NCBI GenBank assembly: GCA_973895155.1
Contig: OZ316896.1
Location: 14,852,684 to 14,916,683, forward strand
Source: Marsupella aquatica
Lineage: Eukaryota; Plantae; Marchantiophyta
Length of the DNA: 64,000 nucleotides
Direction of reading: 5' to 3'
Shown here: piece by piece, positions 28,427 to 39,727 of the stretch
How the letters are laid out: each line of letters starts with the position of its first letter
Numbering within the stretch: position 1 is the first letter of the stretch
The notes under the pieces: generated by a model
Databases searched by the model: none
The model's input: only the letters and a program-made list of their open reading frames with translations
What the model was told of the DNA's origin: nothing
Translations under genes and position numbers: made by a program

Positions 28427-28937
28427 CTTTTTCTAACTGTCCCCCAAACTATTCGATATTACTAACGTGCCCTCCCCAAAACATTATTCATCAGCCTGCC
28501 CCCCATTTTGTATTTAGGTTAGTATTACTTGTCTACGGCTTCTGATTGCCATGTGGCAAATTGCTAATGGCTAGCCTTCACCCGCGATGATCCCCCTCGG
28601 CCCCCTTTCCCCTTCTTCGCTGTGTTTTTTATTTCCGAGTAAAAACAAGGGTCAAAAGTGTAGGGTTTTTGTGAGGGGAGTGTGGAGGAAAAATGACATG
28701 CTTTTCGAGATGCTTTCGCCACTCCCAGGCATTCAACTGTGCCCCGCAATGGGGAAGGGAGGCCAAGGGGGTTGCAGGGGCTTAGGGCTAGTCAGTAGCG
28801 ACTCACCACATGGCAACAGGAACCTATATACAAGTTGATACCAACCCAAATACAGAATGGGGGCGGGTTGATAAACAAATTGTTTTGGGGGGCACATTAG
28901 TTATATCGGGTAGTTTAGGGGACAGGTTAGTAAAAAG
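28427..28937. mobile_element. Foldback/MITE-like element with about 160-bp imperfect terminal inverted repeats
   Basis: 28427-28585 (cttttctaactgtcccccaaacta...cccccattttgtatttaggtt...tgccatgtgg) is the reverse complement of 28778-28937 (ccacatggca...aacccaaatacagaatggggg...tagtttaggggacaggttagtaaaaag). A further partial arm is near 28990-29050. Confidence 0.75.
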
Positions 28938-31497
28938 CTATTTAGAATGATTCCAACACTATGTGGTGGTTCAAATCAAACAATTAAATTACTTTTGGGG
29001 CACATTTCTAATTTTGGTCAGTTTGGGGGACAAGTTAGTAAAAAAGGGTATTTGGTAAATTAATGTTCTGTCAATATCGGGCTTGACGTGCAACCAATCA
29101 GCCCCATGGATTGTACTTAAAAGGACTTTCTCATGTAAGAATGAGATTAGTCTTGGTTGTTATTTGAACACAATGATTTATTGAAGAACAAGTCCCTTGG
29201 AGCTTACAGTGCACAATTAGGGTACAAGGTCTTTTAGAGGCAATTCCTTGCAGTGATAATGACCTGTTAGCATCTACTTCAGAAGTCAAACAAATAATGC
29301 CATAAAATATAGTGTGTTTGATATTTTTAACAAGTCAGATGTAATGAGTTTATTTGCAAAATACATATTCAGTTCATGCATTCTCATGTATGTTTAGAAA
29401 CTGATGCTCCCATGGGCTGAGCCCGTGAACCATGCAACCCCCATGGTCCGTGCCACCTTTTACACCTTCACTCATTGACACCTTTCCGTTCCCAACAAGT
29501 ATTTGATAGCAAAATCTCCCTTTCTATCCAACAAAATTGGGTATTCTTGGGCTTGTTAGAAGCACTTTGGAACCCATTTGGAAAGACCTTCCCAACCAGT
29601 TGAATACCTTCTAGCCAGTTTTCATGAAGAATTTAGAGAGTTTAATAATTTATAAGATCATTCCATCAGTTACTATTCACACTTTACACTTCCAAATGTT
29701 TTTAGCAAGTAGCTTTGACATTTTATATCTCCTTTGATACCAATGGAATGTCATTTTCTTGGCTTTTGCGACGCCAATGACATGGCCCTTATTCTTTAAT
29801 ATGATAAACTCGGATGTGTATGCAATGAGTAGCTATTGATACTGCATAACAATTAGCAAGATGGCAAGAGTAAAGACAATCATGACGTTAAGAGTAGGGA
29901 TTTTAGCTTGAAGACTGCACAACCAAGGCAGACACAGTTGAGATAGTCATTTTCAGGGCCACAAGGGAACAACTGGGGAAGAGCCGGGGGAAGAGAGGAT
30001 TCACCTCCTCAACCATACCATCTTGTTGGTCACAAGCAAGATAGAGCATGGAGGCTCTTCAAGACACTGGTACAGAGGTAGACGTGGTAATCAAGGGAAG
30101 CGAGTCTCAAAAATTGAATGGGAAGTTGTGTGGTATGGTGATTGTTCTCATGATGAAATCTGAATGTCTTGGGTGTGTAGCTTCATTTTGTTACTTGGGT
30201 TAGTGGTCCATAGTCTAGTTTAGTGTGTTAGGGAAATAAGAAGCTATGTTGCGAGTGGTTGGCAACCATATCTCTTTCAATACATCACCAAATTGGATTT
30301 GTAAAGAGCGTTGGAAAGATCTGGTCAAGGCAAGTAAAAGCAATATAAAACACTCTAGAAAACAAATGTGTACTAAGAAAGATATGACTTGATTAGTGTG
30401 ATGGGTTAACTTATGGAAAGAATTAGCGGGTTTGGGTTTGGTTTTGGGTTAGCCGAAGCTTGGCCACAACTTAGTTTTGGGCCATGGCTTAGCTCAGGTC
30501 AGCACGGCCTCAGATTAGGCTTAACCCGGGTTTGGGTTAGCCCGTGTTTGGGTTAGCCAAAACTCGGGCCCGGGTTAGCATATGTCAGCTCGAGTTTGAG
30601 CTCACCTCAGTGTTAGCAGATAGAGGTCAGCGGGTAGCGAAATAGCATGTTAGTGGGTAGTGGCTTAGCCCGAGGCCACGGTGTCCAGGTGACCGTGTTT
30701 TTTGGTAAGAGCATGTTGGCTCTTATGAAGTTAACTTTGCATGCCCATAAGTTCTATACTAAAACCAAAATGATAATTCTAGTAACAAGGGTAGTGGGTA
30801 TTAGAAAAGGTTCAGGTGAAACTAAAATACTGTTAAACCCTACTTCACCATATTTGCAGACCAACACATCACGGAAATTAGTTTTCTTACGACATATGAT
30901 CCTAATATCTCCAAGAGAAAATGAAACAGGAATATCATCTGGACTCCTATTCAGATCCATGACTTCAATAAAGGACAAAGATAATGCAGTCCCACTCTTC
31001 TCGGTATGACACTACTGGGTATACTATTGACTCGTTAGAAGCCATAATAGCAGTTACAAACTGAGCTCCAAAATGATAGGTTAAATGTTGTCTCATGGAT
31101 GGTTTGTCTAAAAGATGGATTCTAATCAAAAACGGATTACGAAGGGGAAGATCAGAGATAACTCTTTCTCTTGGATTCATGATGACTCTCCTATTCCTTT
31201 GCTATCCGGGCCAAAGGATGTCCCACCCCTAAATTCCCAAAGAAACTTTATTCCCTAAGGTCCCATCTATAAGTCTGCCTTTCATTTCTTTGCTATCCGG
31301 GCCAAAGGACGCCCCACTACTATGTTCAAGGCGCAAAGAGCTTCACAACCTTGAATGATAAACACTATGGAATGAGGGGAGAATGCCCCTTACCACTTTA
31401 TTTATAGTGCACATCAAGAGGGCATGGATCAAGCCCAAGCATTTGGATGAAGGCCAAGTGGCAAGCATCAAATACCTAAGAGTGCTAGTACTGTTCA

Positions 31498-31785
31498 TAG
31501 TTGGTGGAACTACTTTTAGTAGGTGGAACTACCATGCATTGGTGGACCTACTGTGCGTTGGTGGAACTACTGTGCGTTGGTGATCATACTATGCGTTGGT
31601 GGTCCTACTATGCATTGGTGGAACTATTATGTGTTAATGGACCTACTGTGCGTTGGTAGTCCTACTATGCGTTGGTGGAACTACTATGCATTGGTGAAAC
31701 TATTATGCGTTAGTGGACCTACTGTGCGTTGGTAGAACTATTGTGCGTTGGTAGAACTACTCATATGCATTGGTGGAATTATTGT
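31498..31785. repeat. 21-bp minisatellite (consensus about tgcgttggtggaactact(a/g)), roughly 13 copies
   Basis: Head-to-tail degenerate 21-mers without unique spacers, within a TE-like region. Confidence 0.85.
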
Positions 31786-31999
31786 AGTCCATTAATATAG
31801 TTAAAGACGTTAATAAAGTCTAACTTTAATAATCTAATTACTAAACTACTTATATAATCTATAACATATTAAAACAAACAATTTTTTATAACTTAAGAGA
31901 AAATCACGACAACGGGTTAGCTCTACTCAAGTTATATAGGATCTAGTAGGCTAACCAAACTCGGGCTAGCTATGTAACTCGGGTTAGCGCAATAATTTA

Positions 32000-33525
32000 T
32001 ACCCTTCTTGATTACGGGGGCATAACTTTCTCTATATTTGACCAAATCGGTTAATATTGACCTTGTTGGAAAGATGAGTTCAAGCCGCTTCCAACGCCGC
32101 CATCATGCAGCAAATGGTTAAATATAGAAATTGAGAGAGGAGGCACAAGCTCACAAAAGTTATGGAGGAGGGCCAAATCCGAAGTACATAGTCAATTTGA
32201 GATGGAAATAAGGTGATGAGTTAGGCTTCACTAGTTAGAGATGGTGGCGGCTTTGTTAGGGCTGCGATGGGGCTCTAGCATTGTAGCATCAACCCATTTG
32301 AGCTTACTGTGAAACTATATAGAGCAACCCCCTTCTAGAAAGAGGGGGAATTTCAGTTGTGTGACTCAAGTAGATTGAGCAGCAGGGAGGAGCGCGCCTT
32401 GTGCAAGCAAGGCTGGGCTTGGAAGTTGTGTGTTGGGGAGAGCTTGGTTGTGCTATTACTCAGGGAGTAATTAGCAAGCTTCACCACAACAGTTGGCCAT
32501 GTTTGCGAGCTAGATTGTGGCTCTTTCTAGGCAACACAATTTGATTTTTTTCCCCCGATACATAGCCTTGGTGATAGGTGATGTGTTGGTGATTGTAAAC
32601 TGTAGGGAGGATTTCAATTTGATTTGCGGTGAGCACATTAGGGAGGCTAAGACACTGATTGAGAGGTAGTAGGAGAAGCATTTACAATTAAGTCTAGCGA
32701 GGCTACGTGATCCATGGGGAGTCCCGGCCTTTGTTTGGTTGAGAGCACTAAGAGATTTATGGTTAGAGCTGAGTTTTCAAGGCAACCATGAGGCCGGGCC
32801 TCATTGCAATCTGGGGTAGATTGCCGTTAGGCCTGTTACCAGCTTTGAAGTCGAGCCAATTGTGTATGCGTAGCTTGACATACTGAAATGGAGTTGCGAG
32901 ATCTATATATACCACCAAGAATGAAGTGCAGTGAAGGAGGTTGAGTTTAGGATTGAGCTTGCATGACAAGCACATTGCAATTTGGAGTAGACAGTCTTTG
33001 GGCCTATTGTTCTGATCAAGTGTTCCCAATGAACTATTGTGCACATTTTTGAATTTAATTGAGTTTTCCTCTCAAGCCTCTTTTCTCTCATGGATGTGTG
33101 TGTGTGTGAGGCAATCTGAGTATATGATAGGACTCGTAGTGCCACCGAGAAGTGCAGCGGGTGCATTGAAGTGGGTTGGGTGGAGACTCTCATAGGTCTG
33201 ATTGTTGGGAGTGGAATGGCAAAGCAGTGGGGCGATGGCTCCCTAAGCCTAGAATCAGTCAGGAGTCACAGGTTTATGGGTACATTCCAACGGTGGAATA
33301 GAAACATGCCTATGGCAATAAGCGTACTTATAGATAAAGGCACACCGTATATAGCGCTAGGTCTTGTGTGTACGGGCCCAATATGAAGACCATTTCTCAC
33401 CAAAACTGATGAGCGCAGGATCTGATTCCCAACCTTTTGTACCTTGGGATTGAGCTTGGGTGATGTTTGATGCTATGATAGTTTGGCATTAAGGGACAAA
33501 CTGGTGTTTACCAGCTTTCACAACA
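32000..33525. mobile_element. LTR-like non-coding retroelement remnant
   Basis: gggcataactttctc...ttggaaag...ttccaacgcc motif common in plant LTRs, ending ...ctttcaca. Boundaries are uncertain. Confidence 0.35.
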
Positions 33526-33656
33526 TCCCTTTGTGATCCTCAGGTACAAGGAGATGGTTTTGGCACCCAACAATGAGGTTTTTGGTGTTAAGATCCATGC
33601 CAATTGCATGACAACTTTGTTACAACGTGCTTGGAATAATATTTCCAATGAGCCTA

Positions 33657-34190
33657 CACTAGTAACAAAGACCCCCTAAAATGATTGCACTTAGGACTAC
33701 CTAGGTATGACTCAATTATGACTTCCTTTCACTTGAGTCAAGTCAAAAACTCAAGTGATTTGTCTTGCTACTCCATAAGTCATTCAAATGACTCTGACTT
33801 GTGGGAGTCATTTATAATTACATTGTGTATTCCATCTACATTTCGCCCAAAATAACCTACGACTCAATTAGTCATAATTGAATATTAGAGATTGACTCCA
33901 AAAGTCATAAGTAATGAACCTCTTAGTTGCAACTAAAGACTAGTGATTATAATGGTTATAATTAATTACTCCTTGAGTCATTCATATTGACTCAAGTAGG
34001 CATACACAAGTAATGATATTAGTTACAATTAATGATTACATGAATGATATGAGGAATAGTTAACAAATATTTTGAATGACTCACAATGATACATATCCAC
34101 CCACAAAGAGATAATTTTGTGGAGTCACAAGTGACACAAGTCATGACACTAAGATTAGAGACCTTACAGTCATAAAATCATTGAAGGAAT
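33657..34190 (+). mobile_element. Second possible CACTA terminus with subterminal repeats
   Basis: Starts CACTAGTA, with dense (a)tgactc/gagtca(t) motifs in an AT-rich background. Confidence 0.4.
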
Positions 34191-35109
34191 CCATGTAAGG
34201 CAAAGATAAACAAAGAATCACTTGCGTTAACTTCAATAATCCAGTTAACACAAATACAAACATGCAAAACAAAAATGTTCCATAGCTCAATCAATTGAGA
34301 ATTCAAAATCACAATCAAATTCTACTAAATTATGTAAAATCACAATTTCTTCTCATAAACACTCTTCAGAATTGAGACCTTTGGGCATTGTTGTGTAGCC
34401 CTTGCTCCAGGCTACCTTCCCATCCACTTTATTTTTTCCAAAATTCCATCCCCAAAACTCTTTCATCCACTTTAGTGTCCAAAACTGAAACTGCCATAAC
34501 TTTCTCCAAGAATGTCCTAATCATTACCACCACATCTTGTTGGGTATCCCTTGCCCTAGGCTACCTTCCTATCAGCTTATCAACACAAGACCACCCTCCA
34601 TATGTTTTTAATCTTTCTCATTGGGATTTGGCCCTCCAACTTTTCATCTCTAAATCCAATTTCCAAAGTCTAGCCTTGAAGCCGTTGTCGATTACAGTGC
34701 TCCTTATCTAAGTTTCAGCCCAAGAAAACTTCTCCACACTTCTCACTTTTTCACATCAAGAAAACTTTAGTGTCTTTCAAATCTAATATCAACGTGGACC
34801 ACACCTACTACCCATGTAAGAAGCCAGAGAAAAGCAGTGTGAAAATTTAAAAAAGAATCAGGATGGTAATTTCATTGGCTATTAGTTATAAGTCACTAAT
34901 ATCTTGTATGAGTTGCGTACCCACTTCTTAGCCAATCTCAAAGAGGTCTCCAACATCGGGAAAAAATGGAGGAGCTATACGGCTCATGTATGGACATAGT
35001 TTTTGACCTCCTTTTTTACCTGACATTTTGTCTGGGTCTCCAAGAATATAGAAGTTTAGGGGTGGAATTGTACAGATTTTGCCAAACAGTCTTGAGATTT
35101 TTGTCCACT

Positions 35110-35760
35110 TAGAGTTAGTAAAGCATATTCTCAGAGAGCCTCTTTGAGATGAGACCCAATATCAGCACAGTAATACTGCTCTATCTCACAGAGCCAATAG
35201 GCCAATATTTCTCTAATTAGACCCTAAACCCCTCCAAGATTTCAATGTAATGGCAACACCCATCTTAGAGAGCCTCTTTGACATGGAGGATGTCTGTTTG
35301 CATGTCTTGCCAACCCTCCAGATATTTCAATACAATTTATAATTATCTTGCCACTAAAGATATTGAAATTGATTTTCAAATTGGTTTTCTTTGTATTTAA
35401 AAATATGTCACGGCTTTGTATAAGATGATAAGTTTAACAAAGTAACAGGGTGGGAATATACAAAAACAGTGGCATGTTTGTAAATACAGAAAACCGTACC
35501 AGTATTGTAAATTAGAAGATCTTTAGTGGCAATATGCTTAAAAGCCATATTCCAATGAATAGAATGACAAATCCCATCTTGGAGAGGCTCTGTGAGATGG
35601 AGCATGTCTATTTCCATGCCTCCAATTTTGAAGAGGCTCTCTAAAATGGAGCATGTATTTCCTTGTCTTGCCAACCCCTCCCAAGACATTCCAAAGGCAA
35701 GTCCCATCTTGGAGAGGATCTCCAAGACGAGTCGGGTTCCCCCATGTTAGAGAGCCATCT
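35110..35760. repeat. Degenerate short tandem repeat array
   Basis: ccatctt(a/g)gagag(c/g)ctct...gatggagcatgt...cttgccaacc motifs recur 4-5 times. Confidence 0.55.
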
Positions 35761-35959
35761 GACTTTTCCAACAAGCAATGGACAAACCATATGGACATAA
35801 TATGGATACATTACAAAATGGTACATTGGATGACCTCCAAATTTTCCCCAGAATGTCGGCTGACTCTGACATTATCATATTAAGAGAGGGGGGGCGGGGA
35901 GTGACTAATCTCAAAAGTAGTGACTAATAACTAGTGAGAGAGTCGTACTCAAAAAGAGC

Positions 35960-37235
35960 ATGCTTAGATGTTCTTGCAGTGCCGAGTATCTTTCAAATAC
36001 ATTAAAATAGAAAAACAGAAGTACTTGGTTCTTTGGAGTCCAGAAGTTAAATATTGTTGTTCATCCACACATCAACTTCAATTTCAAACTGTGAATAATA
36101 CCTGCAATGCAAATGAAGTTTGGAATCTAATTTCAACCTATACCACGCCCACTATGTGAGGAGCCACAAAAGAGCAACGTGAAATTAAACTGGAGGTACT
36201 TAGATGTGCTTGTGGTGCTGTGCATCTTTCAAATACAGTAAAATCCAATATACTATCTAATCCCGCCATTACATTTTTCCATTGTAAAGGATGTCATCTG
36301 CGGAAAAGTTTTTTTGTGCAATGTTGTCTATTCCACAAATGACATCCTTTATGTAAGTATATTTTCTGCACATGACATTTTTCACGCATGAACTACATGT
36401 TGTGTGCAATGCACATAGATTGAGCTAGTACAAATAGAAAAAGAAATGCATGCTCCAGAGCATCTTCAATTGTTAAACTTTCCTACTTTCAATGCAAATG
36501 AAGTTTCAAATCTAATTTTAACCTGTGCCACACCCACTAACAATGTGAGAAGCCACAGAACAGCAATGTGAAATAGAAATTCAGGTGCTTACATGCAAGC
36601 CCAAGAGTCTTTCAAACACATTAAAAAAGTAGCCCAAATTTGTCCACTGAAATCAAAAGGCTAAAAGTTACAGTTCATCCAAGCACCTTCACTTGTTAAA
36701 GTGTCATACATCTAACACAAATGTAGTTTCAAATCCATTTTTAATTTTAAAATTTTAATTTTTAAAAAAAATTTTAGGGGAAATCTGTGAAACCCCATAG
36801 AAAGGGAAGAATCAGTCACAATAGTTGAATAGTTGGGAAGTGTCAGCCACAACAGTTGAACCCAAGACCTATCAAGACTCTAATTAAATGAGTTACCACA
36901 AAGTCATGCATCTCTATCCAATTTAACTCTGTGCCACACCCACCAGCTATGTGAGAGCCACTGAAGAGCAATGTAAAACTAAAAAAAAATGCTTTATATG
37001 TGCTTGTGGCCCCAAGAGTTTTTTCAAGATACATTAAAAACTAGCAAAAAAAAGAAGCTTTTAGACCATCCCGGTCTAGTGGTTAAACGTTATAGTTCAC
37101 CCAAGCATCATCTTCAATTATTAAACTGTCATACCTCCAGCGCAAAAACAATAATGAAGTTTCAAATCTAATAATTTCAAACCGTGTGCCGCGCCCACTA
37201 TAACGTAAGGACAAGCCAGAATGCGAGATTAAAAA
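35960..37235. repeat. Degenerate tandem repeat array upstream of H2A.X
   Basis: aatgaagttt(c/g)(a/g)aatctaat...acct(g/a)tgccacacccacta...gtgagagccac..aagagcaa(t/c)gtgaaat recurs near 36110, 36495, 36925 and 37150. Confidence 0.7.
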
Positions 37236-38097
37236 AAAGAGAGCGGACGGAGAAAGAGACGAAGGCGATCGCATGGAGAGGGCCCCCTCGTGGTTGAGGG
37301 CCGACAGGATCTGAGGGAGTGGACGGGCTAAAGGCGTGGGCGGGAACGGGAAGGCCATCAGCCTTCCAGCCGGTACTCCTCTGCCAGGTGACCGGCACCA
37401 GCTCTCGAACCGGCCAGCCGGTAAGACTTCCAAAGCGGGGTGACCGGCACCAGCTGTAGAACAACGAATCGCCCCCCCGCGCCATTTTCACAGAGCGCGG
37501 CAGAGTTTAAAAAAAAACACGACCTGAGACGGGATCGATGCTGCGGCACTCGCAGCCGTCCGACCGGGAGAATCGTGGGGTTGGAAGGTCCCCCAGGCAC
37601 ATGGATCGCTCGCGTGGCGGCCAGATCGGCCTGTGCTACTGCGCGTCAGGCGGCCGAGATATGGCCGGGGGTATTTATGCCCTCGGAGCTCCGTTTTTCG
37701 GGTCAGGAATTCTTTTCTCGTGTCTCGCCTTCGCTCGTCGCTCTCTCGGAGTCTCGTCTCTCTCTTTCTCTTCGTTGTGCGCTCTCTTTTCTCGCTTCGC
37801 GTCCGTCTCGAGTTGCTGCTGTTTCCTCCGAAAGATTGCTCGATTAGCTCTGCTCGGTCGATAACGGATCGAGGTGCTCCTGCGCAGTGCTGTTGGAGCG
37901 AGAGGGTCGGCTCGAATCGAGTTCGGTGACATCGATTTATTCTGCGTTTGAGGTGTTGAGGGAATCGTTTCGTTGACGATTTGGCGGCTTAGGGTTCCGG
38001 CTCGTTTTCGCCTCTCTGCCGCTGTCGGTGTGATTTGGGTCTGAGCAGGTGGCAGTTTACACATTCGTGCCCCGTCTTTCGAAGGTTAGGAGCGAAA

Positions 38098-38720
38098 ATG
38101 AGTTCAGCCGGTGGAAGCAGCGGTGGACGGGGTAAGACCAAGGGTTCGAAGGCCGTGTCGAGGTCACAAAAGGCCGGCCTCCAGTTCCCCGTTGGAAGGA
38201 TTGCTCGGTTTCTGAAGGCCGGGAAGTATGCGGAGCGTGTTGGGGCTGGTGCTCCTGTTTATTTGGCTGCAGTCATGGAGTACCTTGCTGCTGAGGTGAG
38301 CGCCGTATTGCTATGCGTCAGTGTTGTCATGGGTCTGGATAATGCTTTGCTACTCCCTTTTCGTTTTATCTCTTACTGTGCACGGCATCGGTAGTTCGTC
38401 GTGGCCGTTTGTCTTGCTGTGATCTGCATTTCCGAAGGATGTAGTGGTGCACATGCCTAAGATGCATTGAGTTGACATGCACTTCTTCGCGTTCTCAGGT
38501 ACTGGAGCTGGCCGGAAATGCGGCTCGGGACAACAAGAAGACCAGGATCATCCCTCGTCACATCCAGCTCGCCGTGAGGAATGACGAGGAATTAAGCAAG
38601 TTGCTCGGCTCGGTTGTTATTGCAAGTGGAGGTGTTCTGCCGAACATCCAGTCTTCTCTCCTCCCGAAGAAGTCGGGGAAGAGCAAGGGTGACATTGGAA
38701 GCATGTCACAAGAGTTCTAG
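38098..38720 (+). CDS. H2AX: Histone H2A.X (exons 38098-38295 and 38499-38720)
   Basis: [46 protein letters not shown]|[32 protein letters not shown]. The C-terminal SQEF is the ATM/ATR phosphorylation motif that defines plant H2A.X. One GT-AG intron. Confidence 0.97.
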
Positions 38721-39727
38721 ATATTTGTACAGACGCATCCAATTCTTTTCTTCCTCAGCAAGTAATGTGAAGTCATTGTACAACTTTTCCCATCCGACTT
38801 CCTTAGGCAGTGTCCGTCTTGCCCTTTTTCCAATGGCAATCTTCGAAGTGGATTTGAACGACGTTAGAGTGGGGTATGTTAGGACCAGCCCCTTTTATCA
38901 AAATAACAAGCCAAGGGCTAGTTCTAGAAAACTGTTCGAAATCGTAGCAAGTTTGCCTGCATACCGGGGAAATAGAAGTTTCCGCAGCACAAGGCAGTCA
39001 TATTATCGCAGTCTAGATAGAATTTCTTCAAGCGGGAAATGTACCACGGGCGAACTTTTGTATACCCTCATTTAACACGAATATTTGACATAATTTGTCA
39101 ATTTGCGTATTTCTCTCGTCCATTCCAATTTATCATCGTTTCCGAACATGTCATTTGAAATTGTGATTGGAAATTATCTCGATTTTGAAACTTCATAAAC
39201 TCACTTTTTCAAATCTTGTCACCCAATTTTCATAATGCTGTGCACAAACACGCTGTGCAGCCAATTCCATGTCACATTTCATACACAATTACAATGAATA
39301 TAGCCAACTCTTTTAATATTCTGAATTACACGAATATTCAAATTATTACATGAATTACACGAAGTGCGCGTTCACTTGTATTACAGAATTACACGAATAT
39401 AGCCAACGAATGTTAAAAGAGTTGATTCACGCCGGTACAGAATTTTTCTATTTCACAATTTCGTCTCATCAAATGAAAAAAGGGGTCCCGCCAAATGGCA
39501 AATGTCATTCCAGATTGATATTGTTCATACACAAGCGTTCCACATTTGGGCAGCTACTTCGGTGGTAATCTGTAGAAGCTGAATCTGCCGGTACTCTGTT
39601 GCACGACTTGGAGCCTTAGTGGCGTTCTACTCTCCCACTACAATCTATTTATTAATTCGAGTTCAGAATTCAAATTCAAATTTTCGTAAAATCTTGTCTG
39701 AGTTGTCGACAAATTGATGCACATGTC

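Noticed and set aside
31498-31785. Regular repeat array that superficially resembles a CRISPR locus
   Set aside because: Units are head-to-tail 21-mers with no unique spacers, there are no cas genes, and the context is eukaryotic; it is a minisatellite.
37066-37110. tRNA A-box-like string (ggtctagtggttaa)
   Set aside because: No B-box/T-loop (GTTCRA) or cloverleaf follows, and it lies within a repeat array.
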